64,000 bases of DNA from Haplodiscus bocki (GCA_965655095.1 OZ296656.1:40920001-40984000); one strand, 5' to 3'. Numbered from the stretch's first letter, positions 14,128-28,070 are shown. Notes: a model not told the origin generated them from the letters alone. Made by a program: numbers and translations.

Positions 14128-14500
14128 CTAGACTTGAGACTCCACTTCAAGATGGGGATCATTCTGAGAACGATCCTCAGTCGGCAACTGGTTTTCCACG
14201 TCCGTGTTCCGGGATGTTACCGGAACGGTTCCGGAGTGCGTCCTTATCTGTTGGTCCAAGAGAAATTCGTTTAATTTAAACAGAACACCCAAAATGCGGG
14301 ACTCTGTCCTGCTGAATTCCTGGGACAGTTTTTTAGTGACTCCGCCTTCAATTTCCTCAGAAAGTTTTGTCACATACTCTTCACTGATTCTGGGAACGGA
14401 CGTGTTCCGTGGTTGGCCGTTCCTAGGATGTTCCTCCTGTGCTTCTCTTGAAACGGCTGCCGACTTTCGTTTGTTTCTCAACGTTGCCGTCTTTTTGAAG
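14128..14500 (-). mobile_element. Retroelement gag/ORF1-like fragment
   Basis: ORF ATLRNKRKSAAVSRE...ISEEYVTKLSEEIEGGVTKKLSQEFSRTESRILGVLFKLNEFL has a basic N-terminus plus a coiled-coil-like helix. A PBS-like tggtgactatcagtt lies upstream (14613-14599, -). No catalytic motifs. Confidence 0.45.
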
Positions 14501-16521
14501 GGAAAAAAGCTCAAAAGTGACTGAATTATTTTTTGTTTGTTAGTCCGATTGGGAATATCACAAAAATATATTGAAAAATTTGTAACAATCTGTACAGTCA
14601 ACTGATAGTCACCAGGGATCCTACATATTAGTACTCTGGTCTCTCTTTTTTACACCTTTTCCTTGACGGGAAACATAGTTGTTTCCACGCCAAGTCAAGG
14701 TTAAAGACAGGGAAAAGCACTTTAGTCATATTCACTACAAAAGATAAAGTGCTGACTCTTGCGGGAAATAAACACATTTCCCTCAATTTCTTCCCTCATG
14801 GTCCACGTCTTTTGCTCCTTTCGACAGAAAATGTACGGGCCTCATCCATAGAAAATGGACATTAAAGTGCTTATTCCCGCGCCGACACAATAAATTTTAG
14901 TATAAACAAAAAGATCAAAGGATTTTCCATATTTGAAAATTTTCAATAAAAATCATCAGATTAGATAGGATTAAAAGAATGAAAATGATTATTTCTTGAT
15001 TAAAATGTACATGTTAGCTTACTGCGCTTCACCTGGAGAAGATTTGGACTGGAACTTGGAATGTTCTTAGTGCGTTCCTCATTTTCACTTGTTGACTCTT
15101 CGTTTTCACTAAGGGGTTCCGGAACGGTTCCGTATTCGCTTTTAGCATCGCTGCTGAATGAAAGAACTGAATGAATATGAAACTGTTCCCTATTCGTCCA
15201 AAACGGCACAGCATAGTAGCACAGCAATGGGAATGAAATATTGATTGACGTCACAGTATTACTAGCGACAGAATACGTACAAAAAACTCTTTTTTGAAAT
15301 CATTTTCTCCAGACTATAGTTGCTATTTAATACGTTTATTGACAAAGTCAATTTACTTTATTTACTGCACTTAACTCTTGAAAAGCTGGATTCATTTTCC
15401 TAAGTACATAAATCAAAATAAACATAGCTGCTTTAAAAATGTACGTGACCTAATATGAAAAAAATGAACATCCGTTTGTTCCGTAACGGTTCCGTCCTAA
15501 TCGGGATTAGTACACGGGAGTGATACATATAAAATACGCTTCAGTTTCATGAAAATCAATTATTAAAAAACATAAAATTTGGTGTTTATTCAGTTTCAAA
15601 CAATCCCTTGACATTCCGAGGAGACTTTTTCCCTCCGGCAGCACTTGTCGACAGCAGCATGCACTTACTCCTATAGCTCCCATTCTCTCGATGACAGAAT
15701 AAGTAGTTTGTACATTTATTTCTCTTTTGCTTGATTCAATTCTTGTATTCACTTGATGGATTGCGATTTAGATTTTCAATCTACATTTTTTTGTGACTTG
15801 TATCAACTCAGACGGGTCGAAGAAGTCGCATTCAGCGAAATAGGGAATCGATCTCACAAGATTTGTTTACGGTGTCATACAATCCTCAATTTACTTATTT
15901 TCGTATTTGTTGTTTCAGAGGAACACTGGGTTTTATTGACTATCATCCGAATGACGGAGTAAAGTGTTGTGAAACAATCTGGAGAATGTTCGGATGCAAA
16001 AAACTGTTCAAAACTTAACTTTTTTCATTTCATGAAGGTCTTTTTCTCCTTGTCGTGGGAACTCGTTCCTGCTGAGTAACTTCTCCAGACAACCTGCTGC
16101 TTTATCGAGGGAATTTTTTTTTACTTGAGCATTTTTCTCGAACAACTTGTCTCCTTACCATGGAAAATTAATTCAATTGAATATCTTTCTCAAACAGTCT
16201 GTCACCATTTAAAAAAAAACTTGTTCTATTCTAGAGGTTTTTACACACAAGATGTCTAATCCATTCAATTAGTGTTGATATTTAGTCCGCTTCTTAGATA
16301 AAACAGTTGATTGACAACTCTTTTTATGGTCGGTAATTCCTTTTATGTTTGGTATTTCCTTTAGAATTGGGTTTTCTTTTTATGCTTTCTTCATATATAG
16401 TACAATGTAAAGAGTAACATTTGCTACATATGTTAGTCATTTTCTCCTTTGCTTACTACAGTCACGTTGCTCCATTTTTTAGGTTTGTTTTAGAAAATTC
16501 TGTTGTTGATTTGTTAACTAA

Positions 16522-19500
16522 ATGCCCACCTTAACCCAAAAAAAAACTTTTGTGGAAAAAGTGGAACACATACTTCAAGCAACCATTCAGTTCGACATAA
16601 GAAGAGATGTTCTGCTATATCCCTTCGATGTCTTTCTTGTATCAACTTTTCAACAAAGTGCCGAGCTGAAATGATTTATCACTTTGCCAAGAAACACTCT
16701 AGGGAAACTGCTAGAGCTGTTCATGATTGAAAGGTATGTGATTAAAAATTTCACAGTTTTTACCTATTACGCGAGCATAAACGGAGGGGACATGGAACAT
16801 AGAGTGGACCAGGCGCTCAAATTTTTGATGCTACAGAACTGATTGGAAAAATTGATGATAATAGCCTCAAAGAGGAACTACAAATGTGCAAAGACGTTTG
16901 AGGGGGACAGTTAGTTGGAGAGCGGAAGACACAGAGTCTTTAACTTTGCTATGGATATTCTGAACCCTAAATTTCTGTTTGAAAAGTTAGATGTTGTGTT
17001 GGACAGTCTCAAATCTGTAGCGGAGTCGAATGTGGCAATCGGTTTTGTGCTCAAAATTGTTGCAGAGGGAATTAGTAGGTATCATAAAAAGACACATAAA
17101 AAAACACTGCTACAGCGATCTAAACTTGAGGGTACAACAAAAGACTTGACAAAAGTCAAGACTCTACTGAGTAACACTGATGTTTTTGGAAAATGTACAA
17201 AAGAACAAAGCAACACAAAATGGAAATTGTAAAAGCTGGCTAACGTTACTTTTTTTGCTGCATGACTCAAGGAAGTTCCTATGGGATGTAAGAGTGTTGG
17301 GTTACCCGGAGACTTTCTGCGGAACTTCAATGTCAATAAATAGAAGTTTGGGAGAAAGATCAGACAACTGTACAAGTACTATTTATGTCTTTTTAGAGCT
17401 TCAGCGTTGCCTTTACATGAAAACGAATGACTCGAGGAGGAAGTTTCTATATTCATCAATCTTTTCTGAGAAGAGAGGTGGTACCGAGCCTGCAAACTTT
17501 CGAGGTGTGTGTATGGACGATATCGCAATTGTGGAGGTTACCTTTCAAATGGAATTTTTCCCGTACGACATTGATAATGTAGATGGGTGTATGATTGGTG
17601 AGCTTGCGAGAATAAGCGTAAGGAAATACTCTAATACACTACGAAATTTACGTTACAATAGTGACAATTCCTATCTTTCTAATATCAACGTACTCTTCAA
17701 AACCTACCGTTGCCTTTGTGTGATCCACTGATTAAAAGAGCTGTTAACCCGAAGCACAATTGGAGACTTGCAAACATTGAGTAAAATATGTTTTTCCAAA
17801 GAAAGTGTATCAACTACGAAAAACACTGTTTGACAAATTAGACTCGTCCAGTCCTGCTTACTTCATCAATCAAATCCTCTTCAACAACATGGCAATGTTT
17901 GATTTTGAATCAATTTGTGTGCAGGAAGACAAATTCTACGATACCGATACCACAACTTGGATCGTCAAGTACGTTCCAGTATCATTTTCGTCCAACCTGA
18001 CTGATGATCCAATGCTTTTATGCCAATCCAATCGAAAAGATTAAAAAGATTTGGCTGATTCATTTGTTGATGCTCTTGATGGGTTAGCAACACAGAGCAA
18101 AGCTGAAAAGAAATTGAAATTTTTGAAGGATGAGACTAGTGTAAAGAGCAAACACAATCAAATTTTTTCCACACTTTTTCAGAGTCGCTGTCGCAAAGAA
18201 CCACTCATAGGATTTGAGGAAGAATGTATCAAAGAGGAAAAGCAACACGCATCGACAGTTTTTACTAACACAAAACAATCATTTCATTGATTTGAAGAAT
18301 CACTTGGAAAAATAAAGCAACGTGCTTCCAGTCTTTGGCTTCAATAGCGCAACCTATGACAATAGTTTAATCAACAGTTATTTGCTACCCTTCTTGTTAA
18401 TGAACAACGGATGGAACCAATGGTGATCAAGAAGGCAAATCAATTTGGATTTTTCAGGTTTGGAAATGTTCAGGTGTAGGTATACTGAATTTTTTGGAAA
18501 AGCTACGAGTCTTGACTCTTTTCTGAAGGCCTACAAAGCTTCAGAGACGAAACTTTATTTCCCATATGAATAGTTCAATAGTCCAGAAGAGTTCAATAAT
18601 CCTCTTCTCCTTATGAATCGCTCTTTAACAAGATGTGCCATAAAAGACTATACAGGCTTTCAACTATTAATTGATGGAGGCATGGCCTCCAAAGAAGCGT
18701 TATCGAAACTAAAATTGAGTCAACCACCAACAACTGGACAAGAAATTTGTCAATATTTGATCAGTGATATTTGACAAAGAAACATAAGAAACATGAATAC
18801 CTTCTAAAAACTTTGGGCTGGCATAACAACAAAAACTTTGTTCCGACGTTAGAAGCTATGTCAAAGATGATTGATTTTTACGCAATTAGATATTTGACAT
18901 GTTAAAGCTTGGTTAAACTTTCCCACTCTTGTAAACATTTGCCTTCGCAAGTCAACTAATGCAAAGTTTCATCCCGTTGAAATGAGTGACAGGGCATTTT
19001 TGGAAAAAATACGCGAAGATATGGTTGATGGACCATCCATAGTTTTTACAAGGAATTCTGTTCTGGCCAAGACTCTTATTCGTGGTTCGGCAAATCGGTG
19101 CAGAAAAGCTTTATCCTTATTCTATAGGTCAAGCGATGCCTAGGGATGTGTTCACAAGACGGGAGCTAGATTTTAAACCTGGAAAACTTTAACAGCGTCA
19201 AAACAAGACGGTCATGTCATCTTTTCAAAGGTTCACGCCACAGTGTAAAATGGAAAGTTTATACACGACAGGTACACAAAAAAATGATCGTTACAGCGTT
19301 CATTGGTTTTGTGGACACTGCAATACTGTGTTGGGAGCAAACGGTTTTTATTATGAATTTTGTCCGCGCCACGAATCTTGTCTTTCTCTCACTGAAGAAA
19401 AGATTCGGCGAAGTATAGAGGAGAGAGAGAGAGAGAGCTAGAAAACTACAAAAGCAATATTTACAAAAAATGGTTTTAATCTCAATGAGGTGCACAAAAG

Positions 19501-20790
19501 TGATGGCTGCAATTTGTTAGAGTCAGACTTTGTTGTTAAGCAGCATCTGCGTGAACCTTATGTCTACAGAATGCCTTTCGGATAAGAAATATTTCTGGAA
19601 AAAATCAAAAATGGCACTTTGTTTGGTTATTTTCAATGTTATATTGATGTAGCCGAGAAAATCTGGGAAAACTTTGCCAACTTTCCACCCAATTTCAAGA
19701 GCATTAATGTTTGCAGACGGAAAAATAGTCCGTTTTTGGAAAAATACGCCAAAAAAAGACTCTTGATTCAGCTTAAGAGGATGCTGTAATCAAGTTATTT
19801 CTAGAAGAATGGAACAATCGTTACACCGTTGCTGCTCTTTTATCTGGACTTGGGGTTAATTTGCAAAAAACTTATTGCTTTTGGCAGTAAAACCCCAGGA
19901 ATTGCTGCAACAATTTTTTCCAGTCTGCAAAGAATGCTAGAAGAGAAGGAGATCAGAACCCATAATCTAGTGTTGTAGCTGAGACAATGAAGTTATTAGC
20001 AAACAGTTCTAATGGCTACTAGCTTTTGGATTGGAGTCAACATACAATAACAATGTAACCTTGTGATTAAAAACTCATGAAGCAATCAGCAAAAAAGACC
20101 AAGCGTTTGGGTTTTTGTAAACGATCAACTTTGTGGTTGAAATTGTCAAGTCAGAATTTGAACACAAGTAACTAATAAATGTCGCGTTCTGGAACACGAA
20201 CTTTGCTAAAGTGAGAAAATTAGAGCTGTATTACAACCTCTTTGTCAAATAATTCGATATGACATAGTTTAAAAAACGGGAGATGGATACAGTGTCTCTA
20301 TATATAACATCATCTGAGCAAAACTTGTACGTTTGTATCCAACAAGCATTGAAACAAGAAAAGGACTCCTTGGGAACTAGAGATTGTACCGACAACTTTA
20401 TAGCCAATTCAACAACAAAGTGTTTTCCCAGAACTTGCTGCACTAAGTTTAGGAAACAGTATAAACGAGACCTTGGTCTTTGAAGAAGAATTTCTCTGCA
20501 CAGAAATGATTTTTTTGCTGTTCTAATTCTCAAGCAAACAAATTCAATTTTAGCAGCAAAGGCCCGAATGAAAAATGTCTTCAAGACTGTGGTGATGGTC
20601 CCATGTCCTCGTATTGCAAAGTTTTTGACACTGCTGTGAGATTAGCATCATTAAGTAAAGCTTTTTGCTTAATACAATAAGTTGTTGCCATATATGAGCA
20701 GTCGAAGAAAAGATTGTCATATTTTTATCACAAAAGACCAAAAGAAAAATTCAGCAAGATGGAATAACCACTCGTCCTCCAATTACATAT
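16522..20790 (+). pseudogene. Polinton/adintovirus-type protein-primed DNA polymerase B, degenerate, with N-terminal C2H2 zinc fingers and internal Vsr-like nuclease
   Basis: Motifs in order across many frameshifts and stops: CLSC..HFAKKH and (C)KVC..REHKRRGH (C2H2), FDFESICV (Exo I), PVFGFNSATYD (Exo II), YFPYE, DMVDGPSIVF, LYPYS, HWFCGHCNTVLGANGFYYEFC (Vsr-like), KLLANSSNGY (motif B), EMDTVSL (motif C remnant), KRDLGL. Confidence 0.88.
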
Positions 20791-21399
20791 TTATGAATAG
20801 TTTAATATATCTTTTCAATACTTGTGAGTTTCAAATTTCAACTGCTTTTGTATCTTTGTATTTTCCCTTTAACTTTTCTAATTTCTGAAGCAGTTTTTTT
20901 ATTTAGCAATAGGTCATAACAGTATCTGCGTAAAAACTAACCGCAGGCGTAGTAAAAACCTAAAACTTTATCAGCAGGGGTCTTGATTAGTCCGCTCCGT
21001 AAAATTTATCCGCCCTGCGGTGGGCACCCAAAAAAATCGTAAACAATTGTTTCGAGAAAGTCTCACAGAACCGAAAACGCACCTACCGACTCCCTATCCT
21101 ATGATTTTGTCGCCGCATCTTAAGTTGGTTTTATACGAGGTCATACCCTGTCCCCTGTCTTGATACTTTGCCGAACTTTCTTATTAATTTGGAGAACTAT
21201 AGCCTATCTTAATGAATTGCCTATCTTTGTAGATTGCCTATCTAGACCCTATCCTAAAAAAGTGTCAAAACTTACCTGACCTTAATTTATCGCCGAGATA
21301 TAGCCTATTTCAACAACTAGGTGGACGTCTCTTCTGGGGTTCCAGCATCGATAGTCTATCTTAATACATAGAAGGACATCTAGCCCCCCCCTTCACCAG

Positions 21400-22240
21400 A
21401 GCTGTTCAGTCTCTTACTACTCAAGACCTTTTTTCTTGAAGAGAGACGTTCGATATCGATTTTCTGATTGAAGTTTTGAACACAGTCGGTGTCCATAGCA
21501 AAGCACTGTCTCTGATCAACTCTTGTTCAATGGATCGAACTCAGTCAACACTGATTGATAAGTTTCAACCCGAAGAATCATCTCAAGAAGGTCGCCAAGA
21601 GACTGTGTGCTGGAGCCACGCTTGTTTGTGAGTAACTTAACACTTCAAGGCCGATGATGTAACTTTATTCGTTTGAATTATCTGTAGTTAACGAGCTGAC
21701 TCAGTTCCTTCTGCTGATTGTTATTTCAATTTGGTTCACTGATTTTTATCCGGTTCTCAACTGAGTCAAATATGTAAAAACGCAATGAATGCGATTATGC
21801 ACTATTTTAACGCTGAGTGCAGAAACTATTAATTCCTATGACTGAAAAATACCGCTATTGAATTTTTTTTCTGAGGTGTGTTTTTTGATTAGACGTTTTC
21901 GTTTTTCATTTTTTTTCAACTCCTGTTCTGGAATTTGTTTTTGTCATGTGCTCAGAAATAATCGTTTCACACGTCGACTGAGCTTAGATCTCATGAAGTT
22001 TTCAGTCATACTGTTTATGTTATGTTTTCCGTACTTTTGCAATTCTTTGTTCTACGGGACTCCACAATTTTTATCCTTGAAGTTACAGCGAGTTCAAAAT
22101 CGAGCATCTCGTCTAAGTTTTTTGGTTGATAAATACATTGATGTGCCACCAATATTATGGAAGTTATTGTGCCCAAGAGTTGAAAAAAGGAAAACTTATA
22201 AAATCTCCCCCATCAAATTTCCTATTTTCTGTTGATATAA
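21400..22240 (+). mobile_element. L2/CR1-type LINE, truncated RT 3' fragment
   Basis: YFCNSLFYGTPQFLSLKLQRVQNRASRL...VPPILWKLLCPRVEKRKTYKI matches the L2-type ORF2 C-terminal pattern DYCNSLL.GLP..LQ.VQN.AARL..LHWLPV..RI.FK. Confidence 0.75.
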
Positions 22241-22399
22241 TATTAATAATAAGAAGAGACTTTGGAAACGATGTTCAACCAGAAGATATTTCCCCGGCAA
22301 AGATTAGTCAACGGTTTGAAAAGTTTAGAAGAATAATTTCTTTAAATTTTTACAGTTAATACATCTACAGAGCAAACGACAAGTGCAAGAGTCCCTTTC

Positions 22400-24640
22400 C
22401 ACACGACAAGTGAGTTCAAAAAAGTTTGAGTAGTTTATCTTTATGTTGGTGGTTGAAAACGATATCCATTTTGAAGTAGTTGTTGCACTTGTTCGACACT
22501 TGACAAGCTCGTAATCAGAAATCTAAGTCACCTTTCCTAAAGCGGAGGGCTCTGTAGTTGAAGTTGCGAGTGATTTGGTTTCTATTTGTAGCAGTGTCTG
22601 TGATATTTACGTTAATGCTCTAATATATGTCCATTATTTCGTTCAGAGTCCTTGCGAATAGTAAAATATTGTTCTTGGTATAAGGAGAGTGGGAAAATGC
22701 TCAACTTCATGACTCTGTCATTCTTGCTGATCGACTCGTGTTGAGGATCCAGATCACAACATTTCGCTGGATACTTTCAAGTAAACACAGATCGGATTCG
22801 CTTCGTTTCCAAAGCGAAGATCCGTAGCTTAAAATGGGAACTATCTAGCTAAAAAAGCCTTTTTTTGGACAAGGCGGTGGTTGAGAGACTTCGCTTGAGA
22901 GAAAAGAACGCATTGAGCGATTTATGAGCTTGTTTGTTTGGTATGACCACTCCATGACAAATCGTTAGAGACTATTAAACCAAGAGCTTTGATAGCAGTC
23001 GAGTTTTCAAAAGTGAAATCGTTAATGCGTAGCTCAGGCAGTCGTTTTAAAAGGCGAACTTTACTTTTGGTTACGTTGATTGACAATAGATTTTTCTTAC
23101 ACCATTTCCAAATTCTTTTAACATCTATACCAAGAATAAGTGGATTGCTGCTAACAGTTTTGAAGTGATCTGCGAACCCGAAACTTTTTGACAGAACACC
23201 ATCGGGCAAATCATTCAAAAAAAACGAAGAAGAGAAGAGGCCCCAGTAAAGATACTTGAGGTACTCCTCTGTGGTTTTTGAGAGGTCTGGAGATGGTGTA
23301 TGCAATTCTGACCATTTGATGTTTGCCTATGAGGTGGCTTTCCAACAGCTTCAGACGTGATCTGTGCGCTCCTAGAGAACAACGTTTTTCTAGTAACTAA
23401 TGGTGATTTACCTTGTCAAACGCTCTCTGGAACTCAATACAAAATGCTGCCAAGTAGACAGTCGGGAGAATCGCAACAAGTGAACACCTCGTGTAGATAC
23501 TCAATGAGGTTACTGCTTGTGGACTGTCGTCCTCGGAAGCCGTGTTGCATGGGTGACAGTTGTGGGGATAGTGATGTATACAGTTTGTTGTAAATAGGAT
23601 TTCAATAACTCTTGACCCTGCGGAGAGAAGATTGATTAGTCGTTAGTTAGAGTTCAGTTGCTTATCTCCCCCTTTGAAGATTGGCACTATTTCTGGTACT
23701 ATCCATTATTTTGGAAAGTTGCACTTGTTAGCGATTGTGTTGAAAGTCAAGCGTAGAGAGACGTTCAAGGACTCTGCTAAGTTGCGTTTCAGCTGCTTGC
23801 TAAAGCTGTCCGCACCTTTTTATTTCTTGACGTCGAGGCTCAGAAAGACGTCTCGTACTTCAGGCCGAAAGGAACGAAAGCTGTCTATCAACATTTCACA
23901 GCGGGCCTAGAAACCAGCTTTGTAGAATGAACGATTGAAGACGGACTGGAAAAATTGGTTGAACAGCTCAGTTTTTTCTCTTTCACTTCAAAGTCTTTTT
24001 TCATCAAGATAACTTTCCCTGGAAATGGTGTTACCCTTCGAGATGCTTTCCATGTTTTTCTGCAGAGCCGAAAACTCAATTTGTTGGACGTGTTCAATCT
24101 CAAACTTTTGTTGGACTTTTGCTAGGGCAATTGATAGCTAGGGCAATCCGTTTGTGCTGATTCGATTTTCGTGGAAAGAGAGGTCATAGGGTTTCTGTCG
24201 TATTGGGCCTGAAGAGTGTTCAACAGCTTAATATGAAGCGACGATGAGGACGAAACCCTTAGAGCAAGTTCTATGCTGCGGTTGGTTTTCATGATACAAA
24301 ATCTCGCAAAATTTCATAGCCAAGTGTACCAACTATCAACAAGGTTGTCGATGTTGCTGATGCAGTAAGGTTTGAAAAGGTGGGCGATGATGAGTTTGCT
24401 TTTCTCGGACCATGCCGCTTTTTAGAAGCAATTTTTGGGGAACTCCTGGCGCTTTTCCGCAAATGCTGTTTTGTGGACCGGGGTGATTTGTAGGCCTATT
24501 TGGACACTGTAGGGCAGTTGGTGAGCCGTGAATGAACTCTTCATCAAACTGTTGATGGATACTGCAGCGACTTTTTGTGGCTGGTTGGAAGGACGTTGTC
24601 AAAAGACCTCCCTGTTTCAGTTCTGATTTGCTGGTCAAGA
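22400..24640 (-). mobile_element. CR1/L2-type LINE, degenerate ORF2
   Basis: Minus-strand remnants: RLINLL, QHGFR, FQRAFDKVNH, GVPQVSLLGPLLF, LNDLPD, FGFADHFK, LGLIVSNDLSWSGH. Multiple frameshifts. Confidence 0.87.
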
Positions 24641-25081
24641 TTCAGTTAAGCAAGTGCATGGAAAAACTTGTTCCTATTCGCAACATGTTGTTAAGTTTTG
24701 CCAATCAGTAGAGACAAAATTGTTATCTCCCGCCACCAATATAATTTCGATTTTGAATTCGGCTTGGTTCGTTCTCAAAAAAGAGACCAGATGGACCAGT
24801 TGGGTAGCGGTCCAACGGAAGGAGCCATTGTGCGTTGCGCAGTACATACAGCATATAATTACAGGGTTTTTGGTTTAGATGAGAGTGAGAACACAGTCAA
24901 TAAACTCGGACATACTTTCGCAGAAGAGAATAGTTTGAGTCACGGCATTGAGAGTACCGCGATGCTTTGAGTTTCCATTTTCGCTATCTCTATTTTTTCT
25001 ATTATCTAGCGAATGCTGTTTGCCTAGGTAAACTTTCATCAAGAAATATGGCTTCAGTTACTCTTGTCGGCTTGACAACTC

Positions 25082-25115
25082 TAGTTGTAGTAGTAGTAGT
25101 AGTAGTAGTAGTAGT
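25082..25115 (-). repeat. (ACT)n microsatellite forming the LINE 3' tail
   Basis: (gta)9 on the + strand ~75 bp after the ORF2 stop. Short tandem-repeat tails are typical of CR1/L2 elements. Confidence 0.85.
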
Positions 25116-25190
25116 CGGCTTCTGGGCCTTCTTCCCATGCGAAATCTCCCATCCTTGATTTATTTGCTCTTTGTTTGGCTCTGGTAGTCA

Positions 25191-28070
25191 TCAAGGTAAT
25201 TTTAATTTGCCTTGGGGGTTGCAGTAGCCACAGAGGCAAAGTATACGCCATGTGCAGGATACCTTCTCGTTGTACTGATCTAGAAAGAACTTCCAGTAAG
25301 CTTCAAGTAGGTGTTTTTTGTCCATAGGTTCATTAAGTTGCTTCATGTGGCGAGAGAGGATGTTGTACAGTTGACTGGCGCGGATTACGAAGTTTTCATC
25401 AGCTTTCTTCGTCCTCGTGGATGTTACGACCATTTCATTCCAATCGCCCTGCCTGGTGTTCGAGCAGGGTCTCACAGACAATAATTCACTGTGTTCGATG
25501 TCCATGTTCTGTTCCAGAAGGTCAAGTAGGAACAGAACGTCGTGAAGCTCTATGTACAGGGATACCGGTAACAGTTTGCTTTTAATAAGTCTGCATTTGT
25601 AGCTGATGTCGTATCCATAGAACCAAGCTGTGGCTTGTTTCTGAACTTTTTCAAGTTTTTCTTCAGTGACCCGATGCTGGGGTGATACGCTTGCGATGCA
25701 TACGTTAGCATTGGCATTACGTACTCTGTGTAGGCATGGATCTTGTTTTGAATATTGCATTTCTTTGTAACATTACGTCGGATTTTGAAAAGGTCCTTGA
25801 GGGCGTTTGCCGAGCGTCTTGAACAGTTTTTGTTCCGTCCCAGACTGTTCTCCACAAAAAGACCGAGGTCCCTTTGAACTGATGGTTGATTGATGCTAAC
25901 ATTATTCAACTGGGCAGACAAGTCGCCCTTTATAAGTAACAAGCTACACTTTTTCTCGTTGAGTTTCATTTCGTTCAACTCACACCATTCTTCAAGCTGT
26001 TTGGTACCGTTCTCTAACTCTTCTTGTTGCGTGAAGATGAGTTTATAATCGTCTGCGTATCCAAAACATTCTGCGAATCTTTCCGTGAGGTCGTTAATGA
26101 ACATTAGAAAAAGGAGGGGGCCGAGAATGGAGCCTTGGGGGACTCCGCTTGTTACCGCTAGGGGCGTTGATAATGTGTTCCGAACTTTAACAACCTGTTT
26201 GCGATCTGATAGGTAGCTGTGGACCAGTTTGCGGAGCTTTCCACCAATACCGAAGTTCTGGACCTTATCGAGGAGTCTCGAGTGCGGGACGGTGTCAAAT
26301 GCTTTGGAGAAGTCTAGGTACAGGACACTTAGATTTTCTACCTCATTGTCGTCATTGTATTTGTATGTCCGGTCCAGGAACAAAAGTAGTTGGAGGGTGG
26401 CTGACCTCTTCTTTCGGAAACCAAACTGCTTCGTGTGCAGTTTTTCTTGAACTAAAGGATAAATTTCATCGAATATGATTCTCTCGAGTACTTTTGAGAT
26501 GCAACTCAGTAGGTTTATGGGCCTGTAGCACGTAACGTTTTTCTTGTCGCTATCTTTTTTAACTGGGCAGATCTGTCCGAACTTCCATTGATTTGGGTAG
26601 GTCCCTTTGTTGATGATTGTTTGGAAGATTAGGATCAGGGATTTGCTAAGGCCTTTGGCGGCGTTTCGGAGCAGGATATTCCCAAATTTATCTGGTCCTG
26701 ACGATTTTCCAATTTTCAGGTCTTCTAGCAGAGTTTCCACCCTTCTTTGGTTTATTTTGAACCAGTTTAGATTTTTGCGGGGGTAGTTGGGCTGGAAGTT
26801 GGTGTCTTTTTGCTTAAAGACACTAACAAAGAAGCTGTTGAACAAGTTTGCACATTCCGACTTTGTTTTTTCGATGTTTCCCTTGTACAGAAACTCATTT
26901 GGCAGGGGCGGGCTTTTGCGTATGCACGACAGATATTTCTGGATTCGACTAAAATATCGAGTTTCGAAGACAGTCTCTTCGTAGATTCTAAGATCTTCTT
27001 GACAGGAGGCCTCAATCTCTTTCTCCAGTCTTTTGATTTTGATTGAGTGTGCGACACTGAATTTCCTCTTCGCTCTTTTCTTGGTCTGGAGTATGTTCTT
27101 CAGGTGTGATGTGTGTTTCGATATACAGGGTGCCTGTGATGCTCTGTGCGCGGTGACTTTTTCGAGATTTTCATCCATGGTTTCGTTTAGCCAAGAGTAC
27201 CATGTTTGTATGAGGACCTTGACGTTGCTGTAGCACTAGGGCAAGAATGGGCGACACTCAGTGGCGTCCACAAAAGCATCGCAGTCTGCCCTTTTCAGGC
27301 TATTTTGCTTGTGTTTCGGATCTAGGTATTTCCTTTCTATTTTTGTGTGCATTGTTGTTGAGTATGCGAGGTGGTCTGACACGTTGTACCTTGTTGATAT
27401 CTTTCTGTCTAATTTGCAATCGAAGACGTCGTCATCGTTGTTACTAAGCAGAACGTCCAATTGATGTTTCGACGTTTGGTTGAGATGTTGACTGTATCCA
27501 AGTTCGCACAAAAGATCCAGGATTGATTGTTCGTAATCATCCCTGGATTCCATGCAGTCCCAAGACGTCTTGCTAAAATTTATGTCACCAGTGATAATTG
27601 TTGTTTGGCAATTCAGTTGTTCTTGATGACGCTTGAGCGAAGTCAGGAGGTTGTCAATTTTAAATCGGGGCCATCGAAACGGGCTGTAGTGGAGAGGGTT
27701 GTATACACAGCACACTAGAATTGGTTGTTCCGTTTTAACCATCACTGCAATGATCTCGTCCGATTGATCGTTTGGAATGACTTCATGTGGAATACTTCTT
27801 TTTACTGCAACTAGGACTCCTCCGTGAATTGTTATCATAGAAGAGCTGGTTTTATCGGATCTGTAGTTTGCGTATTCCTTGAGAAAGAGCGCGATGTTTG
27901 GGACATCGCCAAGTTTCGGTGACACACAGACACAGCATGTCGTAGTCAGATGTGCAGATGGCATTTGCAAAAAGAGTGCGCCTTTCAAGTTTGAGAATAC
28001 TTCTCACGTTGAAAGTTAAGATGTGCACAGTTTTTGTAGTTTCTGTTCTTGACTCTCCGGAAGCAGTCAT
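25191..28070 (-). pseudogene. LINE ORF2: APE endonuclease + reverse transcriptase, few lesions
   Basis: APE motifs: FNVRS, TETW, HGGVLVAV, VYNP, TGDIN, LDVLL, SDH. RT motifs: YRPINLLSCISKVLE, QFGFR, YLDFSKAFDTVPH, GVPQGSILGPLLFLMFINDL, GYADD. Frameshift near 27920, in-frame TAG at 27236-27238, frameshift near 25670. Confidence 0.95.

Noticed and set aside
24967-25158. ORF with poly-Val, transmembrane-like stretch
   Set aside because: Translation of the (gta)n LINE tail.
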